Assembly (NCBI GenBank): GCA_963727445.1
Contig: CAVSGI010000006.1
Coordinates: 256,001 to 320,000 of the forward strand
Direction of reading: 5' to 3'
Origin: an uncultured delta proteobacterium
GTDB taxonomy: Bacteria; Myxococcota_A; Polyangia; Polyangiales; B10-G4
DNA length: 64,000 bases
Both the position numbers and the translations under genes were made by a program. Position 1 is the first letter of the stretch. Each line of letters starts with the position of its first letter. The notes under the pieces are model-generated. The model saw nothing but the letters and a program-made list of their open reading frames with translations. It did not search any database and was not told where the DNA came from. Positions 20,480 to 29,720 of this stretch are shown here, one piece after another.

Positions 20480-21100
20480 TCAAGGCTCGGTGGTCGTCGT
20501 GTCCGCGGAGGGTCCGGTACCGGTGCCGAAGAGGCTGTAGCTGATGGTGCAGGGCAGGGCGGCCCAGGGGCCGCCGTTCTGCACCGGGAGGGGCGAGCAG
20601 TCGCTGTCGATCGTCGGCGTGAACTGGATCTCGTTCACCCCTCGGATCTCGAGCGCCGCCGCGCTGCCCGCATCGCCCGCGTCGGCGATCGACGCGTCGG
20701 CGACTCCGGCGTCGGCGTCAGCCGAGGTGACCTGCACCTCCACCAGCTCCACTTGCTGCAGGCTGCAACCCCGATAGTCCGGTCCGGGGGCGAGCACCGG
20801 CACCGTGGTGCCGCTCCGAAAGCGCATGGTGCCGTCGGGCATCCGGATCCCCTCCTGCACCGGCTGATCGTCCATGAGCCAGAGCGCGCGGCCCGACTGA
20901 TCACGGATCTCCACCCCGAAGGCGATCGGATCGAGCGCGGGGACGGCGGCGCCGCAGCCGTTGGCGTCGAGGGAGCCGCTGATCTGGAAGGTGCCCACGC
21001 TTGCGCCGGGCTGGGTCGGCGGCTCACAGCCGAGCGTCACGAGGGCCAAGAGGAGACTCGACAGAGCGAGGGGCAGGACGGAAGTGAGACTTCGGCGCAT
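20480..21100 (-). CDS. Hypothetical Cys-containing lipoprotein
   Basis: Lipobox TLGC, four further Cys residues and a DADAG..DAGDAG linker. Confidence 0.7.
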   Translation of the reverse strand: MRRSLTSVLPLALSSLLLALVTLGCEPPTQPGASVGTFQISGSLDANGCGAAVPALDPIAFGVEIRDQSGRALWLMDDQPVQEGIRMPDGTMRFRSGTTVPVLAPGPDYRGCSLQQVELVEVQVTSADADAGVADASIADAGDAGSAAALEIRGVNEIQFTPTIDSDCSPLPVQNGGPWAALPCTISYSLFGTGTGPSADTTTTEP

Positions 21101-21182
21101 GTGACGGGGATAGCCCCGCCGCCCAGCGGCGCGAAATTAACGGCAAGAAGGGGAGGCGGGCGCACGGCCCCACGAGCCGAGC

Positions 21183-23186
21183 TCACTCGGCCGATTCGGG
21201 AGCCGGCTCGGCCTCGGCGCCTTCCGGCACTTCGCCCGAAGCATCGGCGTCCACCTGGTGGGTGCTCCCCGGGGCAACGGGCTCGATGTGGAACTCGACG
21301 CGACGGTTCTCCGCGCGTCCCTCGCTGGTCTCGTTGTCGCCGATGGGGCGGTCGGGGCCGAAGCCCTGGGCGTAGAGCCGCTCGGGCGCGATGCCCTTTT
21401 CCACGAGGTAGGTGACGCAGGCCTGGGCGCGGTCCATGGAGAGGGTGCGGTTGCGGTCCGCGTTGCCGCGGTCGTCGGTGTGACCCTCGACGCGCACTCG
21501 GCGGTAGTTCGGGTTGCGCTCGAGGATGGTGGCCACCGCGTCGAGGATCTGCCGCGAGCGGCGCCCGCGGATCGTCGCGCGGTTGGTGGCGAACTGCACC
21601 TGCTGAAGGAGCCGGATGGTCTGTCCCTCGACCACGACCAGGGCGTCGCCGTCGGGGCAGCCGTCGTCGTCGGCGCGGCCGTTCATCGTCTCGGGTTCCT
21701 GCGGACAGCGGTCGGCCGAGTCGGGGATCCCGTCGCCGTCGCTGTCCTCTTCGGGACAACCGTCGTCGTCCTCGACGCCGTTCATGATCTCCGGCTGGTC
21801 GGGACAGACGTCGTTGTCGTCCGGGATGCCGTCGCCGTCGAAGTCTTCCTCCGGGCAGCCGTCCTCGTCCCCGTAGCCGTCGGTGTCTTCCGGATCGTTC
21901 GGACACTGATCGTCCGCGTCGGGGATGCCGTCGCGGTCGGTGTCGTCGTCGGGGCAGCCGTCCTCGTCCCGGTCGCCGTCCATGTCCTCCGGCTCTTCGG
22001 GGCAGGAGTCGTAGCCGTCGTTGATCCCGTCGCCGTCGTTGTCGAGATCGGGGCAGCCGTCCTCGTCTTCGTGCTCGTCGCGATCCTCGGCTTCGTTGGG
22101 GCAGCTATCATCCGCGTCGAGGAAGCCGTCGTTGTCGTTGTCGGGCTCTGGACAGCCATCGTCGTCGATGTAGCCGTCCATGTCCTCCATCTCGGCGGGA
22201 CACGCGTCGTCGCCGTCGAGGATGCCGTCGCCGTCGGTGTCGTAGCGGAGGGGCGCCCACGCCGCGCCGGCATAGACGCGGGCGACGGGCACGCCCACGC
22301 CGCTGATGAAGCCGGTCCCCGCGCCGAGGGTGAAGGTGAAGTCGCCCTGCTTGAGCTGGCCGGTGATGCGTCCTTCGAGGGGGTTCTCGTCGACCTGCGA
22401 ATCGAAGGTGCTCGCGCCGTCGAGCTCGGCGAAGACGGTGATCAGGGGTGTGATGTCGTAGCCCGCAGCGATGCGGTAGGTGAACTGGCTGCCGGCGACG
22501 GTCGAGAAGACCTGTTGCTTGTCGCGCCAATAACCGCCGACGTTCACCGCTGCGTGGAAGCCCTCGATCGAGTATTCGCCGATGACCTCACCGCCGGTCG
22601 TGACGGTGGGATCGCCCATGAAGGAGCCGGCGGCGACGTTCTGGGCGATGGGAAAGGTGACCCAGTAGCGCGCGGCGAGGCCGAAGCCGTTCCGGCCGTC
22701 GCCGTAGATGCGGCCCTTCACCGAGAGCTGGGGATCGCCGAGGGTGTACTGGTCGACGCCGCCGACCGTGCGCCGCATCCCCATGATGTCGACGTCGATC
22801 CCTTGTCCGGCCGTGTAGCCCAGGGGAAGCACCAGGCCGACCTGCAAGCAATCGAAGAGCGCGATGCTCCCGTAGATGTGCTGCTGGAACATGTGCTCGA
22901 CGAGACGGCGATTGACGCCGGTGGTCTCGCAGTTGGTTCCGTCTGGCGCGCAGGTCGCGTTGTAGAGCGTCAGCGGGGCATACGCGTAGTCGAGGAGCAG
23001 ACCAACCGTCGGGGTCAGGTGACCGCCGATGGTCGTCCCATCGGTCCCCAGATAGTTGAGGGGACCGGGGGCCGGTCTGAACCGCGTAGCCGAAAAGTTC
23101 CCCAGGACCCCGTCTTGGGCCTGGGCGATGGGTGACGCTGTGATGAGCGATGCAAGACAGACAGCGAGCCAGAGACTGGGGCGCAT
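21183..23186 (-). CDS. OmpA-family outer-membrane protein: beta-barrel, thrombospondin type-3 repeats, OmpA C-terminal domain
   Basis: Signal peptide. Repeated DxDGDGIxDxxDxCPxxxEDxDGxxDxDGCP. VEGHTDDRG...LSMDRA...NRRVEF. Confidence 0.92.
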   Translation of the reverse strand: MRPSLWLAVCLASLITASPIAQAQDGVLGNFSATRFRPAPGPLNYLGTDGTTIGGHLTPTVGLLLDYAYAPLTLYNATCAPDGTNCETTGVNRRLVEHMFQQHIYGSIALFDCLQVGLVLPLGYTAGQGIDVDIMGMRRTVGGVDQYTLGDPQLSVKGRIYGDGRNGFGLAARYWVTFPIAQNVAAGSFMGDPTVTTGGEVIGEYSIEGFHAAVNVGGYWRDKQQVFSTVAGSQFTYRIAAGYDITPLITVFAELDGASTFDSQVDENPLEGRITGQLKQGDFTFTLGAGTGFISGVGVPVARVYAGAAWAPLRYDTDGDGILDGDDACPAEMEDMDGYIDDDGCPEPDNDNDGFLDADDSCPNEAEDRDEHEDEDGCPDLDNDGDGINDGYDSCPEEPEDMDGDRDEDGCPDDDTDRDGIPDADDQCPNDPEDTDGYGDEDGCPEEDFDGDGIPDDNDVCPDQPEIMNGVEDDDGCPEEDSDGDGIPDSADRCPQEPETMNGRADDDGCPDGDALVVVEGQTIRLLQQVQFATNRATIRGRRSRQILDAVATILERNPNYRRVRVEGHTDDRGNADRNRTLSMDRAQACVTYLVEKGIAPERLYAQGFGPDRPIGDNETSEGRAENRRVEFHIEPVAPGSTHQVDADASGEVPEGAEAEPAPESAE

Positions 23187-23312
23187 TCAACCCTCCCGCG
23201 GCCCGTACTATCACAGAGATTCTCTGCGAATTTCAACGAAACTCGGTGCTGGGGTCGGAAAATTCCAGATCGGCCCAGAAACCGGGACAACCAGCGCTCA
23301 GCGGGGCGATCG

Positions 23313-24119
23313 TCAGTAGTTGACGGTGAAGTCGCAGCTGAAGTTGGTGACGGTGGCCGCAGGCTCACCGTCCCGACCAATTCCCGGACGCCAGCGCGTC
23401 TGACGCAGCATCCGCGCGCAAGCCTGGGCGAATTCCTGGTCGGTGGAGGCGAGGGTGCGGACCACGTGGATGCTGCCGTCCGTGTTGATGCGGATCCGGA
23501 TCTGCGATCGCCCCTCGACGCCCTGGCTCCGTGCTTCGCGGGGATAATAGCGCTGGAGCAGGGTGTCGAGGTTCCCGGGGGCCTCGGGACGCTGCGCCAA
23601 GGAGGACATGGGGACGATCGCCGGCCCGGATCCCTCGCCCGTTCCCCCGGGTGTGCCGTCCCCACTTCCCTCGCGGCTGCGCCCCGTGACCTGAGCACCC
23701 GGTCGGCCGACCGGCCCTTCGCGATCGACGCCGCTTCCCTGCTGCATCGCCCAACCGCTCTCGCCGCTCTCGTTGGTGAGGACGAGGTTGTCGAAGGAAA
23801 CGGGCGTCTCCTCCGCGGGCGGGGGCGGCTCGGGGTCGGCCTCGGGCTCGGGCTCCGGCTCGCGCCTCCGGGGCGGTGGCTCGGGCTCGGGCTCTGGTTC
23901 CGGCTCCGGCTCTTCGGCTTCGGGCTCTTCCGGAAGCTCCTCGAGCTCGGGGAGTGGCTCGGGCTGTTCGTCGACCATCGTGATCTCGACCTCCGAGATC
24001 AGCCGCGTGAAGTGCTCCACGTCGACCATGCTCAGGCCGGCGAAGGTGGACACGTGGACGAGGAGGCTGAGGAGCAGCGCTCCGATCAGCAGGGTGTTGC
24101 CTTCAAACAGCTTTCCCAC
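23313..24119 (-). CDS. tonB: TonB family energy transducer
   Basis: N-terminal TM helix with SLLVH, EP-rich linker, and YPREARSQGVEG TonB_C motif. Confidence 0.85.
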   Translation of the reverse strand: MGKLFEGNTLLIGALLLSLLVHVSTFAGLSMVDVEHFTRLISEVEITMVDEQPEPLPELEELPEEPEAEEPEPEPEPEPEPPPRRREPEPEPEADPEPPPPAEETPVSFDNLVLTNESGESGWAMQQGSGVDREGPVGRPGAQVTGRSREGSGDGTPGGTGEGSGPAIVPMSSLAQRPEAPGNLDTLLQRYYPREARSQGVEGRSQIRIRINTDGSIHVVRTLASTDQEFAQACARMLRQTRWRPGIGRDGEPAATVTNFSCDFTVNY

Positions 24120-24128
24120 GTCCAGACT

Positions 24129-24548
24129 TCAATGTTGCAGATCCGAGGGCCTCACGTTGATGGCGAACTTGGTGACGCGTTCCTGCCGAAGCAAGTCTAT
24201 GATTTGAACGACGCGGGCGTGGTTGATGCGCCCGTCCGCGGCGATGACGGCCCGAAGATCCTCGTCATTCTCGCGCGCTGCGCGAATTCTGCGCCGAAGT
24301 CCTTCCTCATCGATGGGCTGCGCATCGAGGAAAAGCGCGCCCTCGGCGTCGATCGAGACGGCGAGGGTGGTGGGAACGGCGTCGGTGGGCCCAGCCGCTT
24401 CCGGCAGCTCCACCGGGATGGTCTTCGACACGATCGCCGTCGCCGTGACCATGAGGATGATCAGCAGCACGAGCACCACGTCGACCAGAGGGGTGACGTT
24501 GATCGCGAAGATGATCTCGTCGTCGTCGCCGCCGCTGCCGCCGCCCAT
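24129..24548 (-). CDS. exbD: ExbD/TolR family protein
   Basis: INVTPLVDVVLVLLIILMVTA and AVIAAD motifs. Confidence 0.93.
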   Translation of the reverse strand: MGGGSGGDDDEIIFAINVTPLVDVVLVLLIILMVTATAIVSKTIPVELPEAAGPTDAVPTTLAVSIDAEGALFLDAQPIDEEGLRRRIRAARENDEDLRAVIAADGRINHARVVQIIDLLRQERVTKFAINVRPSDLQH

Positions 24549-24550
24549 CG

Positions 24551-25207
24551 CTACTCCGCCGCCTCTGCTTCGGGCTCGCCCGCGCCCTTGGCCTTGAGGT
24601 GGGCGAGGAGGTCCTTGCCCATGGCGTCGGCCCGTCCGAGGCGCGCCTTGATGACGCGCGTGAAGAGGTTGAAGAAGGCGACCGCGGGGATCGCGACCAG
24701 CAGGCCGATGCAGGTGGCGACGAGGGCTTCACCGATCTCGCGCATCACGCCGCTCGACGCCTGACCTCCGCTCTCGTCGAGCGCCGCGAACGCGCGGATG
24801 ACGCCGATGACGGTGCCGAGCAGCCCGACGAAGGGGGCGTTGTTGCCGACGGTGCCGAGGAAGGCGAGGTTCTTCTCCATGGCGAGGCGCGCGAGCGACG
24901 CTTCGCCGGCCATCCGATCCTCGGCGGCCGCCGCTCCGTCCTCCGCAGCCTCGAGCCCAGCCGCCACGATGCGCGCTTCGAAGCTGCGCGAGGAGCCCAA
25001 GCGCTTCTTGGCGCCGGCGAAGTCCTTCTTGCCGAGGAGCTTCAGCAGGTCGCCTTTGAGGGTGGCGAAGTCGTCGCGAGACGAGACGAGGTAGTAGATG
25101 CGCTCGAGGATGATGGCGAGGCCGATCACCGAGAGCACGACCAAGAGCCACATCACCCAGCCGGCGCCCAACATGGCGAACGCCGTCAGTCTTTCCTGGA
25201 TATTCAT
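24551..25207 (-). CDS. exbB: MotA/TolQ/ExbB proton channel protein
   Basis: LGTVGNNAPFVGLLGTVIGVIRAF and EALVATCIGLLVAIPA. Confidence 0.93.
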   Translation of the reverse strand: MNIQERLTAFAMLGAGWVMWLLVVLSVIGLAIILERIYYLVSSRDDFATLKGDLLKLLGKKDFAGAKKRLGSSRSFEARIVAAGLEAAEDGAAAAEDRMAGEASLARLAMEKNLAFLGTVGNNAPFVGLLGTVIGVIRAFAALDESGGQASSGVMREIGEALVATCIGLLVAIPAVAFFNLFTRVIKARLGRADAMGKDLLAHLKAKGAGEPEAEAAE

Positions 25208-25311
25208 CTGATCCTTTGCCGTTCCCTCGGAGCGGGAGGGAAACCTAGGAGACCCGAGCCCTTCCGACAAGCGGCACTTGGAGGCTCTTCCCGGCGCGGG
25301 GACGAAGGGGT

Positions 25312-26340
25312 TCAGGCCTTGGTGATTTCACGGGTGATTACCGTCGCGTAGGCGCCCTTTTTCAGGGTGAGCGCGAGGACGAGCGCGCCGTCTTCCTCGA
25401 GCGAGGCCGTCGCCTCCTCCGGACGCACGCGCAGGACCCGCCGCGTGCCTTCACCCGCCTTTCGAAAGCGTGCGAGATGCGCGCGGGTCAGGCCGGCGCC
25501 CTCGAGCACCGCCTCCTCTCGCGCGAGGGTCTCGCCCTCGGGCCAGCGCATCTTGGCGCCGAACATCGGCCCCGTGGGGCTGACCTCGAAGCGATCGAGG
25601 CGCCCCTGCTCCTCCTCGCGATCACTCGCGACGAAGAGCCCACCCGTGTCCTCCTTCTTCAGCAGGTCGCCTGCGGTCCAGGTGGCGAGGCGCCCCTCTT
25701 CCACCCGCTTGCCGAGGACGGTGTTGAAGAGCGCCGCCTGGAGCGCGGAGACCAGGAGCTTCTTTTCGAAGCGCTTGCGAGGCGGCCGACCCGCGTCGGC
25801 GATCCACGAAAGCGCACGCGCCACGTTCTTTCCCTCGTGTCCGAAGCGCTGCGCGCCGAAGTAGTTGGGGCAGCCGACGGACGCGAGGCGTGCGAGGACC
25901 GCGCGGACGGCTTCGAGGTCGGGGCGCGCGTCCCGGATGCGAAGCACGAAACGGTTGCCGCGGAGGTGCCCGGTGCGGAGCTTGTGCGGGTGACGTGCGG
26001 CCTCGAGGATCTGGATGCCATCGAGGGACAGTGCGAGGGCGCTTTCGGGATTGCCCCCCTCGATGCTCGCCCATTGGGTGGTGATGGCGCGGCGGTCCTT
26101 CATCCCCGCGTAGCCGGCGCCCCGAGGATCGCAGCCGAGGGCCTGGGCGATGGCCCGCACCGCGCGTTCGGTGTCGAGGTCCCGCTTCCGAAAGCGGACG
26201 AAGAGGTGGGTGCCTTCGCCGGCTGGTGGGTAGGCGGGGATCTCATCGACCCTGAAGTCTTCGGGCTCGCTCTTGAGGCGACCACCGACGCCGGGAAGGT
26301 CTGCCGTGAGAAAAGGAGGGTTGGAGTAGGGGTAGTCCAT
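25312..26340 (-). CDS. truD: tRNA pseudouridine(13) synthase
   Basis: PEDFRVDE, YAGMKDRRAITTQW, GNRF, PNYFGAQRFG and GAYAT. Confidence 0.95.
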   Translation of the reverse strand: MDYPYSNPPFLTADLPGVGGRLKSEPEDFRVDEIPAYPPAGEGTHLFVRFRKRDLDTERAVRAIAQALGCDPRGAGYAGMKDRRAITTQWASIEGGNPESALALSLDGIQILEAARHPHKLRTGHLRGNRFVLRIRDARPDLEAVRAVLARLASVGCPNYFGAQRFGHEGKNVARALSWIADAGRPPRKRFEKKLLVSALQAALFNTVLGKRVEEGRLATWTAGDLLKKEDTGGLFVASDREEEQGRLDRFEVSPTGPMFGAKMRWPEGETLAREEAVLEGAGLTRAHLARFRKAGEGTRRVLRVRPEEATASLEEDGALVLALTLKKGAYATVITREITKA

Positions 26341-26420
26341 ATCTGGGGAGGGGTTGACGAATGCGTCCTTGCCGTTCTTTCTGATAGACCGCGATGCGCG
26401 GCTCCGGTACCTGTTAATGG

Positions 26421-27536
26421 GTGGGGCGCAGCCGGAAGGACCGCATCCGGGCCGAGGCGAGACGCCTGCTGGAGGCGGGCGTTGCGGGGCAGGTTTTCCC
26501 CGGCGGAGCTTCTTGCGTCGCTTACCGCGAAGCGGGTGAGGTCGTCTACGCCCTCGCCGCGGGCGGTCGCCTGAAACACGGCGGTGCGGCGGTCCGCGAG
26601 GACACGCCCTACGATCTCGCCTCGCTCACCAAGCCCTTCGTGGCGGTGACCGCGCTCCGCTTGATGGAGCATGGGGTGGTGGATCTCACGGCGCGCGCGG
26701 ACGGCATGCTGGCCGACGTGCGGGGAGGACAGGGTGGCTCGGCGAGTCTCGAGCAGCTGCTCTCGCATCGCTCCGGGCTCGCGGCCTGGGGCGGGCTGTA
26801 TCTCGACGTTCCACACGAGCCGGGATCGCTCGCCGCGCGGCGTTGGATCCTGAGTGAGGCGTCGCGACGCGGCGAGCGCGAGCCCGATACCAAGACGGAG
26901 TACAGCGACCTCGGCTACATCATCGCCGGCGACACCATCGCGCGCGCGGCGGGGATGACCCTCGACAAGCTCGTCGAGCGCGAGGTGACGGTGCCCCTCG
27001 GGATCGATCGCGAGGTGTATTACGCGGGAGCCTTGCCTGCGGAGCGAAAGGCCGCGCTGATCCGCACGGCTGCGCCGACGGAGCGTTGCGATTGGCGCGG
27101 GCGGATCGTCACGGGCGAGGTCCACGACGAGAACTGCTCGGCGCTGGGTGGGGTCGCCGGTCACGCGGGCCTCTTCGGCACGGCCCACGGCGTCGCCGTC
27201 TTCGGGCGCGAGATGCTGGCGGTCCTCGCCGGCACGTCGGAGATCCTGAAGAAGGAGACGCTCGAGTACGCGCTGAAGCAGCGCGACGAGGAAGGGCGCT
27301 ACCGGCTCGGCTGGGACACCAAGAGCGGCAGCCCGTCCTCCGCGGGCCGTCACCTCGGCCCGAAGTCATTCGGTCATCTGGGCTTCACGGGCACGAGCAT
27401 CTGGATCGATCCCGACCAGGACATCGTCGTCGTCCTGCTCACCAACCGGGTCCACCCGAGCCGCGCCAACGAAAAGATCCGCGGCTTCCGCCCCGCCTTC
27501 CACGACGGGGTGATGAGCGCGTTCAAGTCCTCTTGA
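26421..27536 (+). CDS. Serine hydrolase, beta-lactamase class C-like
   Basis: YDLASLTK (SxxK), LLSHRSGL, YSDLGY, GHAGLFG and GHLGFTG. Confidence 0.92.
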   Translation: MGRSRKDRIRAEARRLLEAGVAGQVFPGGASCVAYREAGEVVYALAAGGRLKHGGAAVREDTPYDLASLTKPFVAVTALRLMEHGVVDLTARADGMLADVRGGQGGSASLEQLLSHRSGLAAWGGLYLDVPHEPGSLAARRWILSEASRRGEREPDTKTEYSDLGYIIAGDTIARAAGMTLDKLVEREVTVPLGIDREVYYAGALPAERKAALIRTAAPTERCDWRGRIVTGEVHDENCSALGGVAGHAGLFGTAHGVAVFGREMLAVLAGTSEILKKETLEYALKQRDEEGRYRLGWDTKSGSPSSAGRHLGPKSFGHLGFTGTSIWIDPDQDIVVVLLTNRVHPSRANEKIRGFRPAFHDGVMSAFKSS

Positions 27537-27570
27537 GGGCGGCTGCGAGCGTTGAGGGCGGCTGCGAGCG
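27533..27570. repeat. Perfect 19-bp tandem duplication
   Basis: TTGAGGGCGGCTGCGAGCG at 27533-27551 and 27552-27570. Confidence 0.8.
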
Positions 27571-27602
27571 GCGGCTCGCCAGGACCCGCGCGAGCACCGA
27601 GC

Positions 27603-29720
27603 CTATCGCCTCAGCCTCTCCGCGAGCTTCGACCGCGACGCGTACGCTTCGGCGTTGCCCACGGCGCGGCGCAGGGCGCGGTCGTCGCCGATGATCATCA
27701 CCAGCTTCTTGGCGCGGGTGATGGCCGTGTAGACCAGGGCGCGGGACAAAAGGACGTGGTGACCGGCGTGGAGCACCACGACGATGGCGGGGAACTCGCT
27801 TCCCTGGACCTTGTGGACCGTCGAGGCGTAGGCGAGGGTGAGATCGTCGAGCTGGTCGACCTTGTACTGCACTTCGCGGCTGTCGACGTCGACGTAGGTG
27901 ATCCCGCCCTCGAAACGTCGGACCTCGCCCAGGTCTCCGTTGAAGACGTCGCGGTCGTAATCGTTGCGGAGCTGCATCACCTTGTCGCCCACGCGAAAGA
28001 CCGCGGGCGTCGCTCCGCGCGCCGGGTTGAGCTCGTTCTGAAGGAGCGCGTTGAGCCGCTCGGTGCCGGTCGAGCCGCGTCGCATGGGCGACAGCACCAT
28101 CACGTCGCGCTTGGGATCGAGGCCGTACACCCGCTTCATGCGCTCGAGCGCTGCGAGGAGGCGTTCGGCGATCCGGTCGGGATCGCGCGTGCGCACGATG
28201 AAGAGGTCGCCGTCGCCGCGCTCGCCCCGCGGCGTGGGCTCGGGCACCTGCCCGTGGAGGATGGCGTGGGCGCCCCGGACGATCGCGCTGCGTTGGGCCT
28301 GACGGAAGACCACCTCGAGGCGGATGGTGGGGGCGATCTCGGAGCGGATCAGCTCGCGCAGCACCTGGCCAGGCCCCACCGGCGGCAGCTGATCGACGTC
28401 GCCGACCAACACGAGCGTCGCCCCGTTCGGCACGGCCGAGACCAGGCTCTCCGCCAGACGCACGTCGAGCATCGACGCCTCGTCCACCAGGATCAGCTCC
28501 GCGTCGAGGGGGCTCGCCTCTCCGCGCCGAAAACGTGCGGTCGCGGGATTCCACTCGAGGAGGCGGTGGATGGTCCGCGCTTCGCGGCCGGTCGCTTCAC
28601 TGAGGCGCTTCGCTGCGCGGCCGGTGGGCGCGCACAGGAGCGCGCGCCGACCGAGGATCTCCTGCGCGCGCACGATGGCGCGCACCGTGGTGGTCTTCCC
28701 CGTCCCGGGTCCGCCGGTCAGCACCACCAGCCCCCTTTCGAGCGCGAAGCGCGCGGCGCTCCGCTGCGACTCGGTGAGCTCGGCCGCTGCCGCTTCCCCC
28801 ACCGCGCGCAGGTGCTCGTCTCTCTTCGGTCGTTCGATCGCCGCGAGGCGCTTCAGGTGATGCGCCACCGCGCGCTCGGCGCGATGCAGCGGCGGCGCGT
28901 AGACCGCATCGTCGTCGAGGATCAGCATCCCGCGCCCGGCGAGGAGATCGACCGCCTCGTCGGCGCGATCTCCCGGCACCGAGAGCGCCGTCGCCGCGTC
29001 GACGAGCTCGGCGCGTGACGTGAAGACGTGTCCGTCGTCGGCGGCCTTGCCCACCAGGTGCAGAACGGCGCCGGCGGCGCGGCGTGGGTCGTCGTCGGCG
29101 ATGCCCGCCTCCCGCCCCACGCGGTCCGCGGTGCGAAAGCCGATCCCCCGCACCTGCTCAGCGACCAGGTAGGGATCCTCGCGGACCACCCGCACGGCGT
29201 CGTCGCCGTACTTCCGGATGATCTTGCGCGCGAGGGCCGGGCCCAGTCCCACGGAGTGAAGAAAGGACACCGTCTCGGCTTCGGCGCGCCGGCTGCGCAC
29301 GGCCTCGGCGATGGACGCCGCCCGCTTCTTGCCGATGCCCTCGACCTCGGTGAGGCGGCCCGACTGACCCGCGATGACGTCGAGGGTGCGCTCGCCGAAC
29401 TTGTCGACCAGGCGCTCCGCCAGGGCGGGCCCGATCCCCTCGATCAAACCCGAGCCGAGGTACTTCACGACGCCGGCGCGGCTCTTGGGCATCACCGGTG
29501 TGTAGCCCACGGCCTTGAAACGATCGCCGTAGGTCGGGTGCGTGGTGTGCTTGCCGCGCACCCTCAGCGCCTCACCCACGGCGACGCCCCCGAGGTCGCC
29601 GACGATGGTGATCTCCCCGTCGCGATCGTCACGCGTGGCCTTGACCACGGCGTAGCGTCCATCCTCCGAGCGGAACACCACGTCGGTCACGGTGACGCGC
29701 AGCACGTCCTCCGCGTTCAC
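27603..29720 (-). CDS. recD2: ATP-dependent RecD2-like SF1B helicase
   Basis: HhH motifs GIGPALA and GIGKKRA, Walker A TGGPGTGKTT, VDEASM, GDVDQLPPVG and HKVQGSEF. The GTG start overlaps the upstream stop. Confidence 0.93.
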   Translation of the reverse strand: MNAEDVLRVTVTDVVFRSEDGRYAVVKATRDDRDGEITIVGDLGGVAVGEALRVRGKHTTHPTYGDRFKAVGYTPVMPKSRAGVVKYLGSGLIEGIGPALAERLVDKFGERTLDVIAGQSGRLTEVEGIGKKRAASIAEAVRSRRAEAETVSFLHSVGLGPALARKIIRKYGDDAVRVVREDPYLVAEQVRGIGFRTADRVGREAGIADDDPRRAAGAVLHLVGKAADDGHVFTSRAELVDAATALSVPGDRADEAVDLLAGRGMLILDDDAVYAPPLHRAERAVAHHLKRLAAIERPKRDEHLRAVGEAAAAELTESQRSAARFALERGLVVLTGGPGTGKTTTVRAIVRAQEILGRRALLCAPTGRAAKRLSEATGREARTIHRLLEWNPATARFRRGEASPLDAELILVDEASMLDVRLAESLVSAVPNGATLVLVGDVDQLPPVGPGQVLRELIRSEIAPTIRLEVVFRQAQRSAIVRGAHAILHGQVPEPTPRGERGDGDLFIVRTRDPDRIAERLLAALERMKRVYGLDPKRDVMVLSPMRRGSTGTERLNALLQNELNPARGATPAVFRVGDKVMQLRNDYDRDVFNGDLGEVRRFEGGITYVDVDSREVQYKVDQLDDLTLAYASTVHKVQGSEFPAIVVVLHAGHHVLLSRALVYTAITRAKKLVMIIGDDRALRRAVGNAEAYASRSKLAERLRR

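Noticed and set aside
21650..22250. DNA tandem repeat or mobile element
   Set aside because: The periodicity is explained by TSP3 calcium-binding protein repeats.
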